A DNA stretch of 64,000 bases from Acidobacteriota bacterium. GTDB lineage: Bacteria; Acidobacteriota; JBCCFW01. The translations under genes were made by a program, and so were the position numbers. The stretch lies in assembly GCA_039029535.1 (NCBI GenBank), contig JBCCFW010000004.1:41512-105511 (forward strand), in the 5' to 3' direction. The stretch's first letter is position 1; each line of letters begins with the position of its first letter. The notes under the pieces are model-generated. The model made no database searches. It was not told where the DNA came from and worked only from the letters and a program-made list of their open reading frames with translations. Below, piece by piece: positions 54,184 through 62,819 of the stretch.

Positions 54184-55655
54184 TGGTCGTGCGTCAGTTG
54201 GTCGCTCACTGGCGAACCTGCGTGGGTCTCTTGCGATGCGAGACGCGACAGGAGGTGCCGGCGACCCTCGCGGGCTTCGAGGAGATGGCGCCCAGAACCA
54301 AGCTTGCTCTCGCGCTGTGCGCCATCGGGTTCTTCGTGACCTGCCTGGGACGTGGCGTGGCCGAGCTCGGGACGTTGGGGTGGCTGGGATGTGCATTGCT
54401 GGCCCTCGGGCTCGGTCTGACCTGCTCGCTTCTCTCGGTCAGCCTCCGAGCCACGACACATTGGCCGGCCGTCGTGCCGCCGATGCCCGTTCTTCCACTG
54501 CACGTGAAGCATCGCGCTGTGGTCGAGGCGGTCGTCGTCATCATCTTGGGGCTCGTTGGCAGCCTGCCGTTTGCCCTGCTTTGGGAGGTCATCGCCGCGC
54601 GCGTCGACGCCATGCAAGTTGCTCCCGAGGAGAGCTCTCCACTCTTCGAGTTGATGTACTTGCCGACGGGGCTCGGCTGGCGCTTCGGCTCGTTGTTCGT
54701 GACGGCGGCCTTGATGCTGCCCGTGCAGGTCGCAGCCTGCTTCATCGGGAGTGAGTACCGCTTGGCGACCTACACTCGAGCGCTTGCCGTGGCGTTCGTC
54801 GTGGTCGGGGTTGCTCGCACGGTCGCGCCTCACTCGGCGTTGCTCACCCTGGTGCTGCCTCTCCTCCTCACGCCCTTCGTGATGAAGGTCGTCCCGCGTG
54901 ATCGACCGGCTCGCTCGCAATCGAGCGGCAGCACGTGGCCGCCCTTGCCCGAGCCTCGGCGCGATGGCTTGCCTTCCGTAGCGGCCTTGAGGCGGGACTC
55001 ACGCGATCAGATCGTGCGTCATCTTCCAGCGGAGTCTGCGTTGCTCCTGGGGATGGGCGCCGTCTCGCTCTGGCGTGGGCCGGGAAGTGAGTACGTTCAC
55101 TTCCTGACGCTTCCGGTCTTGATCTTCTTCCTCGCCTTTCGAGGGATGAAGCCAGCCTTGCGCACTCTCTCCGTGGGCAGCGGTAGCCGATTCCCAGCCA
55201 CGGGATGTGCAGCGTGGAGCTGGATGCCGGTCGTGCCGAGGGCCCTCTGCCGTGCGGTGGACGAAGAAGTGTGGCTTCCCTTCATTCTTCGAGCGGGAGT
55301 CGTGCTCGTCGGGGCTCTCCTGGCGGCCCTCGTGGCTCCGGGACGAGAAGGGATGGCTTCCTCTGCCGCACAGCTAGGTGCTCTCATCCTCATCATGACG
55401 ATGGCCGACTGCATCGCCACTCAGCAGTGGGTCGGCGAGAGCATCGCTTCCGTGGGGAAGCTCATGGGGACCTGTGCCCTGGGCGTCGTCGGAGTGGCGT
55501 TCTCGCTGATTGCCGGCGCTGGTCTCGCCTGGTTTCCGAAGGTCTCCCTGGTGCTGGTTGCCGTGGCGTTGGTCGCCATCGTGGGCCTCGCGCGACAGCA
55601 CTCACGGTCGCTCCTACGAGCGCTGGTGCCGCGAAGCCAGGAACGGGTCGGCTGA
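54183..55655 (+). CDS. polytopic membrane protein of unknown function (paralogous partner)
   Basis: Same architecture as 51916-53412. ATG overlaps the ATPase stop (TGATG). Confidence 0.5.
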   Translation: MVVRQLVAHWRTCVGLLRCETRQEVPATLAGFEEMAPRTKLALALCAIGFFVTCLGRGVAELGTLGWLGCALLALGLGLTCSLLSVSLRATTHWPAVVPPMPVLPLHVKHRAVVEAVVVIILGLVGSLPFALLWEVIAARVDAMQVAPEESSPLFELMYLPTGLGWRFGSLFVTAALMLPVQVAACFIGSEYRLATYTRALAVAFVVVGVARTVAPHSALLTLVLPLLLTPFVMKVVPRDRPARSQSSGSTWPPLPEPRRDGLPSVAALRRDSRDQIVRHLPAESALLLGMGAVSLWRGPGSEYVHFLTLPVLIFFLAFRGMKPALRTLSVGSGSRFPATGCAAWSWMPVVPRALCRAVDEEVWLPFILRAGVVLVGALLAALVAPGREGMASSAAQLGALILIMTMADCIATQQWVGESIASVGKLMGTCALGVVGVAFSLIAGAGLAWFPKVSLVLVAVALVAIVGLARQHSRSLLRALVPRSQERVG

Positions 55656-55659
55656 GCGC

Positions 55660-56322
55660 TCACTCCTCCCCGACCAGCTCCTCCCAGATCTCCAGCACCC
55701 TCGCTCGCAAGGCCTCCAGGTCACCGGAGTTGTCCACCACCCAGTCGGCGCGCGCGGCCTTCTCGGCCTGAGGCATCTGTGCCTCCATCCGAGCCCGCGC
55801 CGCCGCGACGGCCTTTTCGCGCGCTTCACCTTCGGCCTGGTCGTCACCCGATCGCGACAAGACTCGGGCGAGCTGCACGTCCTCGTCGCAGGTCACGACC
55901 AGCAGCTTGTCGAAGCGGTCGAGCGAGCTCTCACCCGAGCTGCCCGACAAGGCCGACTCGAGCAGGAGCGCCGCCTCGGTCACCGCGACGACGACACCTT
56001 CACCACGGAAGCGATCGAGCCGGGCCCAGTTCTCCGCGATGACCAACGGATGAAGGAGATGCTCGAGCTGCTTGCGAGCTTCGTCGTCGGCGAACACCAC
56101 GCCGCCGAGCGCCTGGCGGTCGACGCAACGTGCGCCGTCGTCATCGCTCCCTTCAGCCGACGGGAACGCGGTGAGCACCGGCTCGACGCCGGCACCACCC
56201 GCCGCGAGCAGCTCGTGGACGATGACGTCGGCGTCGATGAGGGCGGCGCCGAGACGACCGAGCTCAGCGGCCACCGTCGACTTGCCACAGCCGATGTTGC
56301 CGGTGAGCCCGACCGAGATCAC
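55660..56322 (-). CDS. coaE: dephospho-CoA kinase
   Basis: N-terminal P-loop MISVGLTGNIGCGKST. Confidence 0.85.
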   Translation of the reverse strand: MISVGLTGNIGCGKSTVAAELGRLGAALIDADVIVHELLAAGGAGVEPVLTAFPSAEGSDDDGARCVDRQALGGVVFADDEARKQLEHLLHPLVIAENWARLDRFRGEGVVVAVTEAALLLESALSGSSGESSLDRFDKLLVVTCDEDVQLARVLSRSGDDQAEGEAREKAVAAARARMEAQMPQAEKAARADWVVDNSGDLEALRARVLEIWEELVGEE

Positions 56323-57266
56323 TTCTCGTCGATCCCGGCTCGACGGAAGGCCGCGTCCACCGTGTTCGCCATGAGCATGGCGATGGTGAGTGGTCCGACC
56401 CCGCCCGGCACGGGCGTGAGCAGGCCGGCCTTCTTGCGGGCCTCGACGTGGTTCACGTCGCCGACCAGCGCGTGACCCTTCTCCTCGAAGCGCGCCAGCC
56501 GCTTGGGGCCGAGCACCTTCTTGGCGATCTCGAGGTCACGCGGGTGCTCGATGCGGTTGATGCCGACATCCACCACGACCGCGCCTTGCCTGATGCAGGA
56601 GCCGTCGATGAAGCCCGGTCGACCCACCGCCGCCACGAGGACGTCCGCCTGAGAGCAGACCTCGGGGAGGTTCTTCGTGCGCGAGTGGCAGGTGGTCACC
56701 GTCGCGTTGGCCGACAGCAGCAGCGCGCCCATGGGCTTGCCGACGATGTTGCTGCGACCGACCACCACCGCGTGCGCACCCGAGAGGTTCACGTCCGCGT
56801 CGGCCAGCGCTTCCATGACACCAGCCGGCGTGCAGGGCGCGCAGGTGGGCAGGCCGGAGTGGAGACGACCCACGCTCTCGGGATGGAAGCCGTCGACGTC
56901 CTTGGCAGGTGAGATGGTCTCGAGAACGACCTGCTCGTCGATCTGATCCGGCAAGGGAAGCTGCACGAGGATGCCGTCGACCTCGTCGTCCGCGTTGAGC
57001 CGCTCCACCGTCGCGAGGACCTCGTCGTGGGGCGTGTCGGCCGACAAGCGGATCGACTTCGAGCTCATGCCGAGCTCGCCCGCCGTGCGCTCCTTGCTGC
57101 CGACGTACACCGCCGAGGCGGGATCGTCACCGACCAGGACGACGGTCAGGCCCGGGGCCCGGCCGGCGGCCTCGGTGAACGCACGCACGCGTCCGGCCAC
57201 GCGATCTTGAATGCGACCCGCGATCGCCTTGCCGTCCAACTTGGTCGCCACGCTACCTTCACTCAC
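56319..57266 (-). CDS. folD: bifunctional methylenetetrahydrofolate dehydrogenase/cyclohydrolase
   Basis: Characteristic FolD blocks (VVVGRSNIVGKPM, PGGVGPLT). Confidence 0.85.
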   Translation of the reverse strand: MSEGSVATKLDGKAIAGRIQDRVAGRVRAFTEAAGRAPGLTVVLVGDDPASAVYVGSKERTAGELGMSSKSIRLSADTPHDEVLATVERLNADDEVDGILVQLPLPDQIDEQVVLETISPAKDVDGFHPESVGRLHSGLPTCAPCTPAGVMEALADADVNLSGAHAVVVGRSNIVGKPMGALLLSANATVTTCHSRTKNLPEVCSQADVLVAAVGRPGFIDGSCIRQGAVVVDVGINRIEHPRDLEIAKKVLGPKRLARFEEKGHALVGDVNHVEARKKAGLLTPVPGGVGPLTIAMLMANTVDAAFRRAGIDEK

Positions 57267-57958
57267 GGTTGCTCCTTGGTGCTCCAGGACCGTCCGGACC
57301 TGGCCCGTTGTTCCTTGCTGGGTCGTTCTTCGTAGTTGCGCAGGGGCATGACCGGGCTGAAGTGCTGAAGCCCGACCTGCAGCGGTCCCAGCTCCAAGAT
57401 GAGGCGCTCCATCCGGTGCGTTCGGCTGTCGAAGACGAGCAGGCGGGTGGCCCGCTCACCGTTCTCGAGCACGAGCCGCTCGTGATGGAACACCGACAGT
57501 CCCGCCAGCGCCTTGCGCTCGGTCTCCTGGCTCCACTGCGTGATGTCCGGTCCACCGTGGCAGATGCGCAACATCTCGAAGTACTTGTCTGCATGCCACG
57601 GCAGCAGCTCCTTGCCGCCGGGCACCTTGCACGCCGCCAGGTTGGGCGTGAACGACAGTCGCTGACCCGAGCGATTGTCGAACGAGACCTCGAACACCGT
57701 CAGGCCCTTGGGCCGCTCGTAGAGACAGGTGAAGGGATCGTGTCCGAGCTGCGTCCGTAGCTGGAAGAAGGTGCTCCGCTCGCCCGGCGTGAGGGGGGCC
57801 AGGCGCACGTGGACCCCGTGCGACTGGAGCTCGAAGGCGCCGTCGATGATGGTCAGCGGCGGGCGCGTGTGCTCCACGTCGGGCTCGATTCCGGCGACAG
57901 CCGGGCCCGAGAGGGTGCCGATCACGAAGAGGAGAAGGAGGACGATGACTCTCGACAT
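57263..57958 (-). CDS. hypothetical exported protein
   Basis: Internal ATG at 57958 gives signal peptide MSRVIVLLLLFVIGTLSGPAVAG, with a GAGGA SD. The longer ORF-track N-terminus would collide with the divergent gene. Confidence 0.4.
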   Translation of the reverse strand: MSRVIVLLLLFVIGTLSGPAVAGIEPDVEHTRPPLTIIDGAFELQSHGVHVRLAPLTPGERSTFFQLRTQLGHDPFTCLYERPKGLTVFEVSFDNRSGQRLSFTPNLAACKVPGGKELLPWHADKYFEMLRICHGGPDITQWSQETERKALAGLSVFHHERLVLENGERATRLLVFDSRTHRMERLILELGPLQVGLQHFSPVMPLRNYEERPSKEQRARSGRSWSTKEQP

Positions 57959-57977
57959 GGGACGATATCCTCGCATC

Positions 57978-58574
57978 ATGACGCCCCAAACGACGAGCGC
58001 TTCGCGCGTCCCCGCCCCCTGGCTGGCGCTGGTGCTGGCCTGCGGCCTCGCCCTGCCGGCCCTCGCCGAGACCGAGGTCATCGACCAGATCGACGCCAGC
58101 GCGAGCGTCGAGGCGGTGACGATCGGCAAGAAGAAGGGATTCAAGCACTTGCGCAAGGCGCTCGGCGGCGGGATCGCCGAGAGCACCGCCCGCCAGCAGG
58201 CCCACGAGGCCCTCGAGCTCCGACGGGCGTTCCGCGAGATGCTCGACGAGGGGGGCGACTACCGCCTGACCCTCGTCACCGCCTCCGTGGAGACCGATCA
58301 GCGGCGGCTCAAGGACTACCAGTCCAAGCGCAGCTACCACGTCTTCAAGGGCGAGTTCGCCTACCAGTGGCGGACGGGGGACGAGCTGCTGCACGAGGGG
58401 CGCTTCACGGTCGAGGGGCGCACGGAGTACGACGACAAGCCTCACCTCAAGGACATCGAGCTCGGCGCTCGCCGCCTCATCGAGACCGCCGCCATCGAGG
58501 CCTTCGCTCAGGGTTGGGAAGCAGGAGTGTTCGGCAATCGTCCGACGATCGACGGCACGCGCTGGATTCCCTGA
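57978..58574 (+). CDS. hypothetical secreted protein
   Basis: Internal ATG at 57978 gives MTPQTTSASRVPAPWLALVLACGLALPALAETEV (signal peptide). Only ~20 bp separate it from the divergent start at 57958, so one of the two starts is uncertain. Confidence 0.4.
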   Translation: MTPQTTSASRVPAPWLALVLACGLALPALAETEVIDQIDASASVEAVTIGKKKGFKHLRKALGGGIAESTARQQAHEALELRRAFREMLDEGGDYRLTLVTASVETDQRRLKDYQSKRSYHVFKGEFAYQWRTGDELLHEGRFTVEGRTEYDDKPHLKDIELGARRLIETAAIEAFAQGWEAGVFGNRPTIDGTRWIP

Positions 58575-58708
58575 GTAGGACGCATGATTGCGTCACGTTC
58601 TGTCCCATGGCGTGTGCATTAGCTGTGGAAATCGGGACCCTCGCGTGAGATGATCCGTTTCCTCAGGGAGGGCCCTCGGAAGAGCAAGTGCTTCATTGCA
58701 AGTGACTT

Positions 58709-61700
58709 GTGGGGGCGCCCGGAAAGGGACGAATCTCGGTGCTGCGCCTAGACGGTCTGAGTCTCAGTGGCTTCAAGTCCTTCGCCTCGCGGGCGGACAT
58801 GACGCTTCCCGAGGGCATCACCTGCGTCGTGGGGCCCAATGGCTGTGGCAAGTCCAACATCGTGGACGCCATCACCTGGGTGCTCGGCGAGACGCGGGCC
58901 AAGTCGCTCCGCGGCGCCAAGATGGAAGACGTCATCTTCGCCGGGTCCCGCAGCCGCAAGCCGGGTGGCCTCGCCGAGGTGTCGCTCCGCTTCAGCCCCC
59001 GGCCTGGCGGCCCCATCGCCGTCAGCCTGGCCGAGGCGCCGGACCAGGAAGTCCTCATCCAGCCCGACCCCGCCTTCGACGCCAGCTCGGAGGAGGCGGA
59101 CGCCAGCGCCGAGGCTGATGCCGACGCGCCAGAGGCCGGGGAGGAGGCCGCCGACGCTGAGGACACCGAGGCCGCCGCTGAGGCCGCCGCCGAGGACGGC
59201 GAGGCCAGCACGGAGGCGAGCGAGGGCGACGACGCCGGCAAGACGCCGGCCCCGCTCCCGCCCGAGACCTTCGACTCGAGGCTTCAGGAGTCGCTCGAGA
59301 TCACTCGTCGTCTCTACCGCAACGGTGACTCCGAGTACCTCATCAATGGTCAGAAGGCGCGCCTGAAGGACGTCAAGGAGCTCCTCATGGGCACGGGCCT
59401 GACCACCCGCGCCTACTCGATCATCGGGCAGGGTCGGGTCGATCAGATCCTCAACTCGAAGCCCACCGACCGCCGGATGCTCCTGGAAGAGGCCGCGGGC
59501 ATCGCCGGCTACCGCGCCAAGCGTCGCAGCGCGAAGATCAAGCTCGACGACTCCGAGCAGGATCTCCTCCGCGTCACCGACATCATCTCGGAGATCGAGA
59601 AGCAGCTCCGCTCGCTCAAGCGTCAGGCTGCTGCGGCTCGCCGCTACCGCAAGCACGCGGGTCGGCTCCGCATCCTCCAGCGAGCTCTCTACGCGGTTCA
59701 GCACGCCAAGCTCGGCGAGCAGCTCGACGCCGCGCGCAACGAGCTCGCCGCCCTGCGGATGAGCGAAGACGAGAGCCGAGCGGCCCTCGCTGCGCACGAA
59801 GAGTCCGCTCGCGGCGCCCGCGAGACGGTCGCGAGCCTCGAAGAGGCACGAGACGTCGTCGCCCAGCGGCAGCAGGCGCTCGAGCTCGAGCTCGAGCGAG
59901 CCCGCGGCCAGCTCTCGGCCTGTCGTGAGCGCCTGGCCGACAACGCCGAGCAGAGTCGTCGCAACGAGCGCGCGCGTCAGGTCGCCGAGGAGGACCTCGG
60001 TCGGGTGAAGGAGCGGCTCCAGGAGCAGGAAGAGCGACTCGAGCGACTCGAGGTCGAGCTCTCCCAGGCCCAAGAAGCCCTTGCCAACTCGAAGGAAGCG
60101 TCTTCGGAGAGTCGCGAGAAGCTCGAGTCGGCACACCGCGTCGTCGCCGAGACCAAGGAGACGATCTTCGAGGTCATGAGCGAGGCGGCCGGCCTCCGCA
60201 ACCGTCGCGCTGAGGCGGAGGCGGCCCTCGAGCGACTCGAAGTGCAGCACGCCCGTCTCACCGAGTCGTTCACTGAGGCCGAGGCCGAGGCCGCGCGGCT
60301 CGAGGCCGAGCGCGAGGCCGGTGAGGAGACGCTTCGCCTGGCGCGTGAGCGCGAGGCGTCGTTGAAGGATGAGTTCGGCGAGGCCAAGACGGCGCTCCAC
60401 GCCCAGACCACCGAGATCGAGGCGGCCTCGGCGAAGGTCGACGAGCATCGTCGGCTGCTCAACGACGCCGAGTGGCAGCTCGCCGCGGTCGAAGAGCTCA
60501 TCAAGACGCGCTCATCGTTCGGCGAGGGCGTGCGTCGCTTCCTCGAGAGTGATGACGGCACGGCCCTCGGCACGGTCTCCGACTTCGTCACCAGCGACGA
60601 GGCGGACGCCACGGCGTGCGAGAAGGCGCTCGGCCCGCTGCTCCAGTCCGTCGTCTTCGCCGACCGCGACACGGCCGAGTCGGTCGTGCGTCGGCTCGCT
60701 CCCGGCGACGAGCCCGAGCTGGCCTTCGTCTTCCCCGAGACGCCGCCGGTTCCGTCAGCGGAGCTCGCCTCCGAGCTCACCGGGCTGCCCTCGCTGCGGC
60801 AGGCGCTGCGCGTGGCGCCCGAGGTCTCGTGGCTCGAAGGGCTCGTGCCCGACGCGGTCCTCGTCGACACGCGGGACGAAGCCATCGACCTCTCCCGTCG
60901 TCACCCCGGCCTGCTGCTCGTCTCCCGCGACGGCGCCCTGCTCGGGCCCTGGGGTCGGGGCAGCGCGGGCCGTCCGCTCGGCGACGGTGAGGGCATCCTC
61001 GAGACGCAGAGTCGCCGCGATCGTCTCGCAGGCGAGGTGCGTGAGCATGGCGCCGCCGTCGAGGAGGCCGAGTCGGCCCGCGCGGTCCTCGACGAGCGAC
61101 GCGAGGAGCTGGCCGCCACGGTCGGTCGTCTTCGCGACGAGCTCAGCGACGCCGAGAAGGCCGCCCTCTCGGCGCGCCATGCTCAGGACCGCCTCACGCA
61201 GGGTGTCGACACGGCACAGGCTCAGCTGTCCACCTTGACCTTCGAGCACCAGGCCGTCGGTGGCGAGCTCGAGGGTGCGCGCACGCGCATCAGCGAGTAC
61301 GCGGAGCGGCTGCAGGCGGGAATGGAGCGTCGCGAGACGCTGGATGCCACGCTCACCGACGCTCAGGGCCTGGTGACCGAGCTGGAGAGCGAGGTCGGCA
61401 GCGCGGACGCCGAGCGCACGCGTCTCTCACAGGAAGCCGCCATCCGCCAGGATCGCCGGCAAGGTCTGGCCTCCGAGCTGGAGCCCATCCGCGCGCAGGT
61501 GGCGCAGGCCACGGAGCGTGTCGAGCTCCTCGGTGAGGAGTCCGAGGCCCTCACGCATCAGAAGGGCCAGCTCGAAGAGATCATCACCACGTCGCAGACG
61601 ACGCTCGACGAGGGTCATCCGCGGGGTGAGGAGCTCCAGTCCGAGCTCGGCGTCGCCGAGGAGAAGCTCAACGAGCACCGCGACGGGATGATGCAGGAGG

Positions 61701-62803
61701 CCAACCGGCTCCGCGACCTGCGGCTGTCTCACGAGGAGCGCTCGAAGGCGGCCAACGGTGTCGACCTCCGGCGTGAGCGGCTCAGCTCGCAGCTCGAGCA
61801 CCTCGTGGCTGACTGCGAGTCGCAGCTCGGCATGCTGCCCACCGAGCTCGAGATTCCCACGCCTCCGCAGCCCGAGGCCGAGGTCGAAGAAGAGACCGAC
61901 GCCGAGGTCGCGGCGGAAGCCGATGCCGACGAGCCGACCGAGACCGAGGACACCGAAGCCAGCGCCGAAGGCGACTCCGAGAGTGAAGAGAGCGCCGAGG
62001 GTGACGCTGACGACTCCGAGGAGACCGACGAGGACGTCGACTCCGAGGCGGATGAGGAAGGCGAAGGCTCCACGACCGCCGAAGACGATGAGCCCATCGA
62101 CGAGAACCTCCCGTGGACGGAGGACGGGGAGCTCGAGCTCGACCTGGTCGCCACCGAGGTGGCGGACGTCAAGCGCAAGATCAAGAACATCGGCCCGGTG
62201 AACCTGGTCGCCATCGAGGAGTGCGACGAGCAGGAGGAGCGGCTGTCCTTCCTGACGAAGGAGCGCGACGACCTGGTCACCTCGATCGAGCGTCTCAAGG
62301 AGACCATCGAGCAGATCGACCACACCTCGCGCGAGCGCTTCCTCGCGTGCTTCGAGCAGGTCAAGGAGACCTTCAACACCTCCTTCACCAAGCTCTTCCG
62401 CGGCGGTCGCGCCGAGCTTCGGCTTCAGGACGAGGAAGACGTCCTCGAGTCGGGCATCGAGATCATCGCCCAGCCTCCGGGCAAGCGGCTGCAGAACATG
62501 CTGCTGCTCTCCGGTGGCGAGAAGGCGCTGACCGCCATCGCCCTGCTCGTGGCGCTCTTCCGCTACAAGCCCTCGCCCTTCTGCGTCCTCGACGAGGTCG
62601 ATGCGCCGCTCGACGAGGCCAACGTCGTTCGCTTCATCGACCTGGTGAACTCGATGTCGAAGGACACGCAGTTCATCGTCGTCACGCACAACCGCCGCTC
62701 GATGGAGCAGGGCAAGGTGCTGTACGGCGTCACGATGGAGGAGCAGGGCTGCAGCAAGCTCGTCTCCGTGCGCTTCGACGGCATGACCGAGAACGTCGCC
62801 TGA
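58709..62803 (+). CDS. smc: chromosome segregation protein SMC
   Basis: N-terminal Walker A GPNGCGKSN, long coiled coils, hinge region and C-terminal LSGGEKALTAIALLVALF...VLDEVDAPLD. GTG start (alternative GTG 58739 gives VLRLDGLSLSGFKSF). Carries two acidic low-complexity insertions. Confidence 0.9.
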   Translation: MGAPGKGRISVLRLDGLSLSGFKSFASRADMTLPEGITCVVGPNGCGKSNIVDAITWVLGETRAKSLRGAKMEDVIFAGSRSRKPGGLAEVSLRFSPRPGGPIAVSLAEAPDQEVLIQPDPAFDASSEEADASAEADADAPEAGEEAADAEDTEAAAEAAAEDGEASTEASEGDDAGKTPAPLPPETFDSRLQESLEITRRLYRNGDSEYLINGQKARLKDVKELLMGTGLTTRAYSIIGQGRVDQILNSKPTDRRMLLEEAAGIAGYRAKRRSAKIKLDDSEQDLLRVTDIISEIEKQLRSLKRQAAAARRYRKHAGRLRILQRALYAVQHAKLGEQLDAARNELAALRMSEDESRAALAAHEESARGARETVASLEEARDVVAQRQQALELELERARGQLSACRERLADNAEQSRRNERARQVAEEDLGRVKERLQEQEERLERLEVELSQAQEALANSKEASSESREKLESAHRVVAETKETIFEVMSEAAGLRNRRAEAEAALERLEVQHARLTESFTEAEAEAARLEAEREAGEETLRLAREREASLKDEFGEAKTALHAQTTEIEAASAKVDEHRRLLNDAEWQLAAVEELIKTRSSFGEGVRRFLESDDGTALGTVSDFVTSDEADATACEKALGPLLQSVVFADRDTAESVVRRLAPGDEPELAFVFPETPPVPSAELASELTGLPSLRQALRVAPEVSWLEGLVPDAVLVDTRDEAIDLSRRHPGLLLVSRDGALLGPWGRGSAGRPLGDGEGILETQSRRDRLAGEVREHGAAVEEAESARAVLDERREELAATVGRLRDELSDAEKAALSARHAQDRLTQGVDTAQAQLSTLTFEHQAVGGELEGARTRISEYAERLQAGMERRETLDATLTDAQGLVTELESEVGSADAERTRLSQEAAIRQDRRQGLASELEPIRAQVAQATERVELLGEESEALTHQKGQLEEIITTSQTTLDEGHPRGEELQSELGVAEEKLNEHRDGMMQEANRLRDLRLSHEERSKAANGVDLRRERLSSQLEHLVADCESQLGMLPTELEIPTPPQPEAEVEEETDAEVAAEADADEPTETEDTEASAEGDSESEESAEGDADDSEETDEDVDSEADEEGEGSTTAEDDEPIDENLPWTEDGELELDLVATEVADVKRKIKNIGPVNLVAIEECDEQEERLSFLTKERDDLVTSIERLKETIEQIDHTSRERFLACFEQVKETFNTSFTKLFRGGRAELRLQDEEDVLESGIEIIAQPPGKRLQNMLLLSGGEKALTAIALLVALFRYKPSPFCVLDEVDAPLDEANVVRFIDLVNSMSKDTQFIVVTHNRRSMEQGKVLYGVTMEEQGCSKLVSVRFDGMTENVA

Positions 62804-62819
62804 GGGAGGGAGCGCTGTC

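Noticed and set aside
57958-57978. Pair of divergent genes whose starts lie only ~20 bp apart
   Set aside because: Not rejected as genes, but at least one start is probably mis-assigned since two promoters cannot fit. Both features were reported with reduced confidence rather than as a finding.
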